A stretch of 45,020 nt of DNA from Planctomycetota bacterium. GTDB lineage: Bacteria > Planctomycetota > Phycisphaerae > FEN-1346. Of this stretch, positions 17,098 through 25,069 are shown piece after piece. Made by a program: the position numbers and the translations under genes. The notes beneath the pieces are model-generated. The model ran no database searches. It worked only from the letters and a program-made list of their open reading frames with translations, and was not told the origin of the DNA. Within the stretch, counting starts at the first letter, position 1. Each line of letters starts with the position of its first letter. The stretch covers positions 1 to 45,020 of the forward strand of contig JADHXV010000002.1 in the NCBI GenBank assembly GCA_016782785.1. The letters are read 5' to 3'.

Positions 17098-17850
17098 TTA
17101 AGGAATGAGAACGCGGTCGATCCACTGGCCCAGTTCCGTCGTGAAGCCTTCCAACGAGGGCAGGAGGGCGGCCGCCATGAACAGGCCCAGCCCGATGCGC
17201 AGCGGCAGGCTGGCCATCAGGATGTTCATCTCCGGAAGAATCCGCGCCAGGATCGCCAGCACCACTGCCAGCACCAGGAACGCCGCCACCATCGGGGCCG
17301 CCAGTTTCAGCGAGAAGGTCAGCATGGCCAGGCTCGCCTGGAGGACGGCCTCGGCCGCCACCCCCAGGTCCGGCCACTGGCCGACCGGCCAGGCGTCCCA
17401 ACTGCGGGCCATCAGGCGGAGCAGCAGCCGGTGCCCGCCCGCCGACAGAAAGAGGATCGTAAAACACGTCTCCATCAGGTGGCCGACCGGCTGCGACGGC
17501 TCGCCGCTGACCGGGTCGATCTCCTGGGCCACCGCCAGGCCCATCTGCCGCGTGACGATCATCCCCGCCTGCCGAACCGTCGCGTAGAGCACCGCCACCG
17601 CCACGCCCAGGGCGGCGCCGGTCAGCACCTCGCGGACCACCATCAGGGCGACGGTCGGCCAGGCGGCCTCCCCGAGCGCCGCGTCCACCGGCAGGACCGA
17701 CGCAAACACGATCGCCAGCACCAGCGCCAGGCCCGCCCGGATGCGGAGCGGGATCGACGGCCAGCCGAACAGCGGCAACGCCGCCACGAACCCCGAAACC
17801 CGGCCGAGCACCAGCATGAACGGCACGACCATCCGGGTCAGCGGTTCCAC
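17098..17850 (-). CDS. fliR: flagellar export apparatus protein FliR
   Basis: Polytopic FliR pattern (FMLVLGRVSGFVAALPLFG). I chose the GTG at 17850, immediately after the fliQ stop. An alternative ATG lies at 17832. The track ORF extends to 17922 but would overlap fliQ. Confidence 0.88.
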   Translation of the reverse strand: MEPLTRMVVPFMLVLGRVSGFVAALPLFGWPSIPLRIRAGLALVLAIVFASVLPVDAALGEAAWPTVALMVVREVLTGAALGVAVAVLYATVRQAGMIVTRQMGLAVAQEIDPVSGEPSQPVGHLMETCFTILFLSAGGHRLLLRLMARSWDAWPVGQWPDLGVAAEAVLQASLAMLTFSLKLAAPMVAAFLVLAVVLAILARILPEMNILMASLPLRIGLGLFMAAALLPSLEGFTTELGQWIDRVLIP

Positions 17851-17852
17851 GG

Positions 17853-18122
17853 TCAGTGTCCCATGGTTTGCACATGCGAGAAGACCTCGTGGGTGAACTC
17901 CATCACCACCTGCAGCGACCACCCGGCCGTCAGCAGCACCGTGATGCCGACGCCGGCGAGTTTGAAGATCATGCCCAGCGTCATGTCGCGGACGCTCGTA
18001 ACCGCCTGGAGCATGGCCGTCAGAATGCCGATGACCATCGCCACCACCAGCACCGGGGCCGACACCAGCAGCGCCGTCTCCAGCGCCCGCCGGCCCAGGT
18101 ACAGGACCAGGTCGCCGTCCAT
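17853..18122 (-). CDS. fliQ: flagellar export apparatus protein FliQ
   Basis: 89 aa with two TM helices. Typical FliQ sequence. GAGGAG Shine-Dalgarno sequence. Confidence 0.93.
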   Translation of the reverse strand: MDGDLVLYLGRRALETALLVSAPVLVVAMVIGILTAMLQAVTSVRDMTLGMIFKLAGVGITVLLTAGWSLQVVMEFTHEVFSHVQTMGH

Positions 18123-18137
18123 CGCAGGCTCCTCACG

Positions 18138-19010
18138 TCAGTAGAAACTCATCACCAGGCTCTGCACGAGCAGCGCCCAGCCGTCGACCAGCACGAACAG
18201 GATGATCTTGAACGGCAGGCTGACGATGATGGGCGGCAGCATCATCATCCCCGCCGACAGCAGGATGCCCGCGATCACCAGGTCGATCAGCAGAAACGGA
18301 ATGAACAGCAGGCACCCCATCTCGAACGCCGTCCGGAACTCGCTGATGGCGAACGCCGGAATGGCCACGTGCATCGGCACCGCCTCGGGCGTTTCCGGCG
18401 GCGCGGCGTGCGCGAAGTCCAGGAACATCACCAGGTCGCTCTCGTGCGTCTGCCGAAGCATGAACTGCTTGACGACGGCGAACCCGCGGTCTATCGCCGC
18501 CTGGAACGGCACCTGGCCGGCCAGGTACGGCGCGAGGGCCTCGTCGTTCAGGCGCGAGAACGTCGGCGCCATCACGAACAGCGTCAGGAACACCGACAGG
18601 CCCACGATGGCGATGTTCGGCGGAATCGTCTGCGTCGTCAGCGCCCGGCGCACGAACGACAGCACGATCACGATCCGCGTGAAACTCGTCATCATGACCA
18701 GCCCCGCCGGCACCAGCGCCAGCCCCGTGAACACCACGGCCAACTTCACGGGGGCCGACCAGTCGCCCGAGGCGTCCTCCTCGCTCGTGACCTTGTTGAC
18801 GGCCTCGAGGAGGGCCCCGAGGTCGGGCAGGGCGTTCGCGTCGCCGCCGTCCGCGCCTGTCTCCCGCGAACCGTCCAGCGTCGGGGCCGCAGGCGCCGCG
18901 ACCGCCGGCATCTTGGGCGGCTCCGGCGGACGGGCCGCACCGGCCGCGCCCAGCGCCAGGACGCCAACGGCCACGACCGCCGCGAACGCCAGGATGAGGG
19001 GCCGGGCCAT
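18138..19010 (-). CDS. fliP: flagellar export apparatus protein FliP
   Basis: Trimmed to MARPLILAF (signal peptide). Conserved core is TSFTRIVIVLSFVRRALTTQTIPPN...PFKIILFVLVDGW. TGATG junction with fliO. Confidence 0.95.
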   Translation of the reverse strand: MARPLILAFAAVVAVGVLALGAAGAARPPEPPKMPAVAAPAAPTLDGSRETGADGGDANALPDLGALLEAVNKVTSEEDASGDWSAPVKLAVVFTGLALVPAGLVMMTSFTRIVIVLSFVRRALTTQTIPPNIAIVGLSVFLTLFVMAPTFSRLNDEALAPYLAGQVPFQAAIDRGFAVVKQFMLRQTHESDLVMFLDFAHAAPPETPEAVPMHVAIPAFAISEFRTAFEMGCLLFIPFLLIDLVIAGILLSAGMMMLPPIIVSLPFKIILFVLVDGWALLVQSLVMSFY

Positions 19011-19555
19011 CACCGCACCTCCGCCCCGATGTCCGGGATCATGAACCGCGCCCGCGGCTTCTCCCCGCCGGCGGGCTCCGGCAGCGCCACGTCGACCGAC
19101 CCGGTGACGTCGGCCACCAGCGTCAGCCGCTCGCGGGTGCCCGAGACCAGCAGCGTCCGGTCGCCCACCTGGACCAGGTGGAGTGCCTTGCGGGGCCCCA
19201 CGTAGACGGTTTCCACGATGTGAATGCGTCGGCCCTGGGTCACGCCGAGCCTCGGCAGCAGCCGCTTGATGACGAACAGGGCGGCCCCGCCGAGCGCCAG
19301 GATGACCACCACGGCCGCCAGCGAGTGGCTGAGGAGGCTGCCCGTATCGTCGCCCCGGTTGGTCAGGCGGTCGTCGCTGCCTTTCTGGGGCGAGCCCGGC
19401 TCGTTGGGCGAACCGTCGGCCGGCGCCGTCTCTTCGTTGGCCCAGAGCAGGGAGGCGGGCCGTTTCTCGGCAGCGCAAGGCGTGGCGGCGGCCGCCAGGA
19501 CGGCGGCCCCGGCCGCTCCGGCCAATATAATAAGGTAAAGGCGTCTGGCAGACAT
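19010..19555 (-). CDS. fliO: flagellar biosynthesis protein FliO
   Basis: Trimmed to MSARRLYLIILAG. It has a single TM followed by IKRLLPRLG...IHIVETVYVGPRKALHLVQVGDRTLLVSG, which is the FliO core. Positioned before fliP. Confidence 0.75.
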   Translation of the reverse strand: MSARRLYLIILAGAAGAAVLAAAATPCAAEKRPASLLWANEETAPADGSPNEPGSPQKGSDDRLTNRGDDTGSLLSHSLAAVVVILALGGAALFVIKRLLPRLGVTQGRRIHIVETVYVGPRKALHLVQVGDRTLLVSGTRERLTLVADVTGSVDVALPEPAGGEKPRARFMIPDIGAEVR

Positions 19556-19597
19556 CGTGCGCTCCGGCCGTACAGACACTGCTCCGGTACATCCATG

Positions 19598-19613
19598 TGC
19601 ACATGGCGTGCCA
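19598..19613 (-). promoter_or_regulatory. internal sigma-54 promoter upstream of fliO
   Basis: The minus strand reads TGGCAC-GCCAT-GTGCA. The -24 element is perfect and the -12 element has GC with the correct spacing. It lies about 43 nt upstream of the fliO ATG. It shares CGTTTGGCACGCC with the 36375 promoter. Confidence 0.55.
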
Positions 19614-19618
19614 AACGC

Positions 19619-19659
19619 AAAAACGCCCCTGGCGTGGCGAAAACGGCTGTTTTCACGCC
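19619..19659 (-). terminator. hairpin plus U-run just upstream of the fliO sigma-54 promoter
   Basis: The minus-sense RNA is GGCGUGAAAAC-AGCC-GUUUUCGCCACGCC, followed by AGGGGCGUUUUUG. An alternative short stem ACGCC/GGCGU lies directly before the UUUUU. Confidence 0.3.
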
Positions 19660-19699
19660 TGGCGGGAACAAATAAGCGGACAACGTTCAAAAACTTGAC

Positions 19700-19858
19700 A
19701 ACGGCAGGCAAAAGGCAACAGCGAAAAGGCAATAGGCAACGGGCAACGGCAGCAACGACAGCAACGACAACAACAGCCGACAATAGTTAGCCGCCGCGCT
19801 TGTCCTTGTTCGGTACGGACCCGTCTGGGCGCGGCGTGTGTTGTTTCGTACGCGCCCC
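19700..19858. repeat. GGCAAC-heptad-rich dispersed intergenic element, copy 1
   Basis: AACGGCAGGCAAAAGGCAACAGCGAAAAGGCAATAGGCAACGGGCAACGGCAGCAACGACAGCAACGACAACAACAGCCGACAATAGTTAGCCGCCGCGCTTG...GCGTGTGTTGTTTCG. The fliN-fliO spacer. Confidence 0.65.
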
Positions 19859-19861
19859 GCG

Positions 19862-20260
19862 TCAGTCGCCGCCGTTGGTTCCTGCCCAGGCCGCCTCGTC
19901 GGCCCCGTTCTGCTCCACCGCTTTGACCTCCGTCAGCCGGACCGCCAGGTGGTTCTCGACGACCACCAGGTGCCCCTTGGCGAACGGGATACCCCCAAGC
20001 AGCACGTCCACGGGGTCCCCGACCTCGCGGTCGAGCAGGATGACCGAGCCGGTGCCCATCCGCAGCAGTTCGCCGATGGGCATCTGCACGGACCCCAGCG
20101 TGGCGGAGACCTCGACCGTCGTATCGAGCAGCAGGTCCATCTTGCCGGCGCCCTGATCGTTCTGGCGATAGGCGGTCTCGGGGAGCGGCGCTTCCTGGAC
20201 GTCTACCGCGGCCTCGTCGTGCGGGGCGGCGGCCGGGTCAGTGGCGGCGGTCTGGGTCAT
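19862..20260 (-). CDS. fliN: flagellar motor switch protein FliN
   Basis: The C-terminal SpoA/FliN domain is VEVSATLGSVQMPIGELLRMGTGSVILLDREVGDPVDVLLGGIPFAKGHLVVV. I chose the start at MTQTAATD, with AAGGAG 7 nt upstream. The track start is 20281. Confidence 0.92.
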   Translation of the reverse strand: MTQTAATDPAAAPHDEAAVDVQEAPLPETAYRQNDQGAGKMDLLLDTTVEVSATLGSVQMPIGELLRMGTGSVILLDREVGDPVDVLLGGIPFAKGHLVVVENHLAVRLTEVKAVEQNGADEAAWAGTNGGD

Positions 20261-20353
20261 CGGACGACTCCTTCCATGCAAGCGGTTTCACGTTTCTGCG
20301 GCTCGGCCGGCAAGTGCCGCGCCTGAACGGCCTTCCTTCCCGCTTCCTTTCGT

Positions 20354-20383
20354 GCGCGGCGGGTACGGAGACCCGCCGCGCGG
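20354..20383. repeat. GC-rich palindromic element (REP-like)
   Basis: GCGCGGCGGGT-ACGGAG-ACCCGCCGCGCGG, directly abutting the fliM stop codon. Confidence 0.7.
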
Positions 20384-20384
20384 C

Positions 20385-21515
20385 TCAGACGGCCAGGTCC
20401 AGCCTCGGGTACCGCCGGAGGTCCTGCACCTCGACGGCGTAATGGCCGCCGCAGCAGGCGGGCTTGGCCCGGGCCACCGGCTGGCCGTCCACGGTCAGCG
20501 TTATGGGCTCGTCCAGCGTCCTCTCAAGGACGATGACGTCGCCCGGTTCCAGGCCGAAGAAGTCGCCGACGGCGATGGACGCCGAGCCGAGTTCGGCCAC
20601 GACCGTCACGGGCGCAGCCTCGATGCGGCTCGCGATACGGGCCTGGATCTCGTCGGGCGTCACGTCGTCGGCCGAGGCGGGGGCGTCCTGGGCCAGCGGG
20701 GCCAGGAACGCGCTGGTCAGCAGCAGCGTCGGGGCCGTTTCCTCGGCCTGGGCGGCCGGTGCAGCGACGGGCTTGGCGGGCTTTGCGGGGGCGCCGGCCT
20801 CGTCGGCGCCCGCCTCATCGGCGTCGTCCCGGCTGGCGCGGCCCTTCTGGAAGGCGTCTTCGGCGGACTCCACCGCCTCGACGGAGGCCAGAACGGCGGC
20901 CGAGGCGTCCTCCTTGGCCGAACGGAAACTCAGCCGGCAGAGTTCCTCGGCCGGGTCGACCGGCAGGGCCTCCGCCCACGTGGCCAGCGACGGTTCGTGA
21001 CGGAGGGCCGTTCCTCCCGCGGCCGTGCAGGCGCCCGAAATGGCCTTGACCATGGCGGCGGCGATGTCGAGCAGCAGGCCCGCTTCCAGCGGCGAGAGGT
21101 CCTGGACCTCGGTCCGGGCCGACGTCGTCCCGCCCAGGAGGCTCTCGACCCACGCGGCCGCCAGCGGGGCGGGGAACCGGATGCCCCCGACCGGTGCGTT
21201 GTCGGGCGACCGCAGGGGCACGTAGTAGGCCGGGCGGTCGGGGGGGTCGACGGCCGACGGGAAGCACTCGTCCACCGGCTTGGCCACAAAGCCGGTGTCG
21301 CTTCGGAGCAGGGGGCCGAGGGCCTTGCCCAGGTGGTCGGCGATCTGCCGGGCCGCCGCCTCGAGCCGCCCGCGCTGGCCCGCGGTGAAATGGTGCGGCC
21401 GGGACCAGTCGTAGTCGACGACGTTCTCGGGCGGCTTGGGGGGCGGGCCGCGGCGACGGGTCGCCTGCCGCATCCGCGTTAGAATGGCCGGGGCCTGGGG
21501 CGTCGGAGCGGTCAT
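20385..21515 (-). CDS. fliM: flagellar motor switch protein FliM
   Basis: 376 aa. DYDWSRPHHFTAGQ (FliM middle-domain start) and a C-terminal SpoA-like domain. ATGA overlap with fliL. Confidence 0.92.
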   Translation of the reverse strand: MTAPTPQAPAILTRMRQATRRRGPPPKPPENVVDYDWSRPHHFTAGQRGRLEAAARQIADHLGKALGPLLRSDTGFVAKPVDECFPSAVDPPDRPAYYVPLRSPDNAPVGGIRFPAPLAAAWVESLLGGTTSARTEVQDLSPLEAGLLLDIAAAMVKAISGACTAAGGTALRHEPSLATWAEALPVDPAEELCRLSFRSAKEDASAAVLASVEAVESAEDAFQKGRASRDDADEAGADEAGAPAKPAKPVAAPAAQAEETAPTLLLTSAFLAPLAQDAPASADDVTPDEIQARIASRIEAAPVTVVAELGSASIAVGDFFGLEPGDVIVLERTLDEPITLTVDGQPVARAKPACCGGHYAVEVQDLRRYPRLDLAV

Positions 21516-22135
21516 TTGACGGCGAATTCCTTGAAGAGCACCTTGCGGATCCTCGGTTTCTGGTCGGGCCAGAGTTCCTGGTTAAACGCGTCGAGGATTT
21601 CGCGCCGCATGCGGTTAAGGCTGGCCGGTCCGCGGACCTCGTCCAGCGTCAGGCTGGCCAGGTACACGGTCAGCCAGTCGCGCAGGACGAGCATCTTGGC
21701 GTCGACGACCAGTGAGGCGGCGGCGAACTCCTCTTCCGGAATCGCCAGCGTGAGGCATGCGTGGACGTACCGGGCCAGGCGCGGCTCGTCCAGGTTGACG
21801 GTGATGGGCTCGAGGTCCTTGTAGAGGCACTTATCGGTGTCATCGGCGACCTGGCGGGCGGCGGGGGCCGGGGCCGTGAGGCTGGCCGGGTCCGCCGATT
21901 CGTCGGCCTGGGCGGCGGCGGGCGCGAGCGGCTGGCCGCCCGTCGTCAGAAGGGCGACGCCATAGCCCGCGCCGCCGGCGGCGAACGCCACGCCGGCGCA
22001 CAGGATCACGAAGCGTTTGCCTTTGCCCTTCGGGGCGGATGCCCTGGCCTCGTCGCCTTCGTCGGCGGGAGGACGCCTGGGCGTCTCCTCGGCCGCGGCA
22101 GCCTCCGGGGCGGTGTCGGTTTCGGGATCGGGCAT
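21512..22135 (-). CDS. fliL: flagellar basal-body-associated protein FliL
   Basis: Trimmed to MPDPETD. It has a single TM followed by LEPITVNLDEPRLARYVHACLTLAI...LRDWLTVYLASLTLDEVRGPASLNRMRREILDAFN, which is the FliL domain. Confidence 0.88.
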   Translation of the reverse strand: MPDPETDTAPEAAAAEETPRRPPADEGDEARASAPKGKGKRFVILCAGVAFAAGGAGYGVALLTTGGQPLAPAAAQADESADPASLTAPAPAARQVADDTDKCLYKDLEPITVNLDEPRLARYVHACLTLAIPEEEFAAASLVVDAKMLVLRDWLTVYLASLTLDEVRGPASLNRMRREILDAFNQELWPDQKPRIRKVLFKEFAVK

Positions 22136-22137
22136 CG

Positions 22138-22890
22138 TTAGCGCTCCTTGTTGGGCGACTCCATCATGGCCAGCACGATGAACGTCTGTCTGGGTCCGGA
22201 CCGGAGGGCGTCGAGGCCGGGTCCGGCGGGCCCGGCGCCCCAGGAATCGACGCGGGCCCGGCGGTTGGGCGGCTGCTGGGCCAGGTGCTGCTCCAGGCAG
22301 GCCTGGACGGCGGCGGCCCGGCCGGCCGACCACTGCCACTGGATAGCCGGGTCGTCGGCGTCCGGGGCCAGGCCGATGACGTAGACGATCGGGGCGGCCG
22401 AGGCGCCGACCCGGATGTCGGAGGCGAAATCGGCCAGGTAAGCCCGGGCGGTCTCGCGCAGGCGGGTGTCGCCGGGGTCGAACGTGATGGGTGTGGCCAG
22501 GAGCCGGGCGGGCGGGCCGTCGTGGTTCGAGGCCTGCATCCGCTGGAGGCGGCGGAGGTCCTCGAAGAGCCGGCGGATCTTTTCGTCCTCGGCGTCGATG
22601 ATGCGCCGGCGATCGAGGTTCGTCGGGTCCTCCTCCACCGGGTGTTTCTGGAGGGTGAATTCGCGGGGCACCGATTCGCGCTGGCCGTAGAGCCAGTCCG
22701 GGATGCCCAGGCCCTCGATGGCCCGGCGGAACCCCCCCTGGCCGCGCAGGAACAGCTCCGGGTCCCGGACCTTCGCGAACACCTGGAGCAGAATGAAGAA
22801 CGACAGGAGCAGCGTAATCATGTCGGTGAACGAGACCAGCCACCCGGGCAGTTCCTTGGAGTCGCCTTTTCGTCTTCGGCCGAGTCTCAC
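22138..22890 (-). CDS. MotB-like stator protein, second paralog
   Basis: The GTG at 22888-22890 overlaps the upstream stop (GTGA). The plug/TM region is ELPGWLVSFTDMITLLLSFFILL, with the conserved Asp. The C-terminus is OmpA-like (WSAGRAAAVQACL). The long N-terminal extension in the track ORF is not coding-like. Confidence 0.8.
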   Translation of the reverse strand: MRLGRRRKGDSKELPGWLVSFTDMITLLLSFFILLQVFAKVRDPELFLRGQGGFRRAIEGLGIPDWLYGQRESVPREFTLQKHPVEEDPTNLDRRRIIDAEDEKIRRLFEDLRRLQRMQASNHDGPPARLLATPITFDPGDTRLRETARAYLADFASDIRVGASAAPIVYVIGLAPDADDPAIQWQWSAGRAAAVQACLEQHLAQQPPNRRARVDSWGAGPAGPGLDALRSGPRQTFIVLAMMESPNKER

Positions 22891-23558
22891 GGGTACACCT
22901 TGCCGTTGAGCATGGCGATGCGGACGGTGGCCTCGGCGACGTTCTCGCCTCCGTCGGGGGCGGCGGAGACGGCGAACCGGCCGGCGTCCAGGTTCTCGGA
23001 CTGGGCCAGGTACTTCATGACGGCCATCGCGCGTTTCAGGCAGAGGCTCTGCGTCAGGCCGGGGCCGGGCGTCTCGCGGATGACAACGCGGCAAGGCATG
23101 GCGCGGAGAAAGTTGGCCACGTGGCCGAGCAACTCGGCCGCCTGCGGCTTCAGGGAGTCGCCCAGGCCCCAGAAGAGGAGGTCGCTCGGGATCGAGAGGA
23201 CCCGGCGGTCGCAGTAGGCGTCCTGGTTCAGCGGGTCCATGGGCGCCCGCGGGACGCGGGTCGGCTCGATGAGTTCGGTGTCGGGGAACTCGGCGCCTGT
23301 TTCGGTGCGGTCCAGGAGCATGTCTTCGTCGGGCAGGAACGACTCCTTCGGCGGGCGCGGGTCGTTGAACGGCGAGGACCGGGAGGCCATCTCGAACCCA
23401 TCGAACACGTGCGTCAGGTCTTTCTGATCGAACGAGGAGAACGACAGGAGCAGGACGAAGAACGTGAGGAGCAGCGTCATGCAGTCGCTGAAGGTGACCA
23501 TCCACTCGTTGCTGGGGCCGCCTTCGGATCGCGGTTTTCGGCGCCGGGGCCTAGACAT
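22887..23558 (-). CDS. motB: MotB-like stator protein, first paralog
   Basis: 223 aa. NEWMVTFSDCMTLLLTFFVLL carries the conserved Asp. The C-terminus is OmpA-like (LCLKRAMAVMKYL). It overlaps the end of motA by 8 nt. Confidence 0.85.
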   Translation of the reverse strand: MSRPRRRKPRSEGGPSNEWMVTFSDCMTLLLTFFVLLLSFSSFDQKDLTHVFDGFEMASRSSPFNDPRPPKESFLPDEDMLLDRTETGAEFPDTELIEPTRVPRAPMDPLNQDAYCDRRVLSIPSDLLFWGLGDSLKPQAAELLGHVANFLRAMPCRVVIRETPGPGLTQSLCLKRAMAVMKYLAQSENLDAGRFAVSAAPDGGENVAEATVRIAMLNGKVYP

Positions 23559-24321
23559 TGGGCTTGATTTCCTCGCGCTGCTTGGCGGAGAGGAAGGCGT
23601 GCATGCGTTCGCGGACGGCGGTGGGGCTTTCGCCTCGGGCGATGGCCAGCAGGCCCTCGATCATCATCTCCTTCTGGAGCGCCTCCTTCTTGGACCTGAG
23701 GCCGAGTTTGCCGGCCAGCGGCAGGAAGAGGAGGTTCGCCAGGATGGCGCCGTAGAAGGTGGTGATGAGCGCGGTGGCCATGCCCAGGCCGATGGAGTCC
23801 GGCGAGTCGAGTTGCCGGAGCATCTGGATCAGGCCGATGAGCGTCCCGATCATGCCGAACGCCGGGGCGCTGCCCCCCATGAACTCCAGGATCTTCTTGC
23901 CGTCCTCGTGCCGCTCCTGGAGGTACTGGACATCGATGGCCAGTTGCTGCTGGATGGTGTCCTCGTCCTGGCCGTCGATGAGCATCTGGAGCCCCTTGAT
24001 GAGGAAGGGGTTGTTGGTCTGGGCCATCTGTTGCTCCAGCGCCAGGGCGCCGTCGCGGCGGCTGATGGCAGCGTAATCGACCAGGCGCTGGACCACCTCC
24101 TGCTCGCTGCGCAACTGGTTCAGGATGGTCTTCTTCAGGAGCGAGAAGATCTGGAAGACCCGGCCGAGCGAAAAATGGATGAGCGTGGCCGAGACCATGC
24201 CCCCGACGACGATCATCAGCGACGGGATGTTGAAGAACATCCCCGCCCCGCCGCCCGAGAAAATCGCCACGGTCACCAGACCGAAGCCGGCCAGCATTCC
24301 GATAACGGTTGCGAGGTCCAC
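23551..24321 (-). CDS. motA: flagellar stator protein MotA
   Basis: 256 aa with four TM helices. The conserved region is APAFGMIGTLIGLIQML...GMATALITTFYGAILANLLFLPLAGKL. GTG start with AAGAGGG upstream. Confidence 0.94.
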   Translation of the reverse strand: MDLATVIGMLAGFGLVTVAIFSGGGAGMFFNIPSLMIVVGGMVSATLIHFSLGRVFQIFSLLKKTILNQLRSEQEVVQRLVDYAAISRRDGALALEQQMAQTNNPFLIKGLQMLIDGQDEDTIQQQLAIDVQYLQERHEDGKKILEFMGGSAPAFGMIGTLIGLIQMLRQLDSPDSIGLGMATALITTFYGAILANLLFLPLAGKLGLRSKKEALQKEMMIEGLLAIARGESPTAVRERMHAFLSAKQREEIKPNV

Positions 24322-24324
24322 GGC

Positions 24325-24993
24325 TTAGCCCTCTTGTTTCGGGTTGTGCATGCGTTTCATTTTCTGCGTGATACCGGCGACAAGGTCCTTGTCCTTGATG
24401 GCTGCCAGCACCTTGGCGGCCGTCCGCTCCTCCATGAACTGGAGGATCTTGACGGCGTCGGCGTCCTGGGCGTTCTTGCACATGCTTTCGATGATGCCGG
24501 CGGCCTCGGCGGCGTCCATCTTGTCGTAGATGGCCGCCGTGCGACGGAGGCTCGACTGCTCATCGGCGGCGACGATCAGGCGGGTCTGCTCCAGGGCCTC
24601 CCGGCTTTCGCGGAGTTTGGCGGCGGCGGTGGCCATGTGTGTCCGCAGCGTCTCCAGTTGCTGGGCCTCACGGCGCAGGTCATCGCAGGCGATCTGGATC
24701 CGTTTTTCCTGGGCCGAGAGGTCCTTCTCGCGGTCGCGGCACTCGTCCATTTTGGCCCGGACCTGGTGCACCAGGGCCATCAGGTGCTTCTCCTCCAGGT
24801 GGGCGGTGGCGGGCGGGGCCGGTTCCTCAAGCGGGGCATCGGCCAAGGCCGCGTCTTTGGCGGCGTCGCCGGCCACCATGGCGGCCGCGGTCCCCACCCC
24901 GGCCCCCAGCCACAGGCTCAGGCCGTACGAGACACCGAACGTGGCCGCCCCCAGGCCCATCAGGATCAGGATCGCCAACTTGCCGCTGGTCAT
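24325..24993 (-). CDS. MotE/YlxF-family flagellar protein (MgtE_N-like domain)
   Basis: Trimmed to MTSGKLAILILMG (TM), with GGGAG upstream. It has a coiled coil followed by AAIYDKMDAAEAAGIIESM...AVKILQFMEERTAAKVLAAIKDKDLVAGIT, which is the MgtE_N-like repeat pattern. It holds the same post-fliJ position as Bacillus ylxF. Confidence 0.7.
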   Translation of the reverse strand: MTSGKLAILILMGLGAATFGVSYGLSLWLGAGVGTAAAMVAGDAAKDAALADAPLEEPAPPATAHLEEKHLMALVHQVRAKMDECRDREKDLSAQEKRIQIACDDLRREAQQLETLRTHMATAAAKLRESREALEQTRLIVAADEQSSLRRTAAIYDKMDAAEAAGIIESMCKNAQDADAVKILQFMEERTAAKVLAAIKDKDLVAGITQKMKRMHNPKQEG

Positions 24994-25069
24994 GGTTTTC
25001 TCCCACTGCTTCCGCTTTCTGACGCCCGCGGCCCCGGGGCCGACCGCCGGTGCGGATGCGCCGTCCCGG

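Noticed and set aside
13416-18144. Very long plus-strand ORFs (13416..16220, 934 aa; 15403..18144, 913 aa) opposite flhA, flhB, fliR and fliQ.
   Set aside because: They are Arg/Gly/Asp/His/Pro-rich low-complexity translations with no recognisable domains. They lie antisense to strongly conserved flagellar export genes. These are typical stop-poor shadow frames of about 70% GC DNA.
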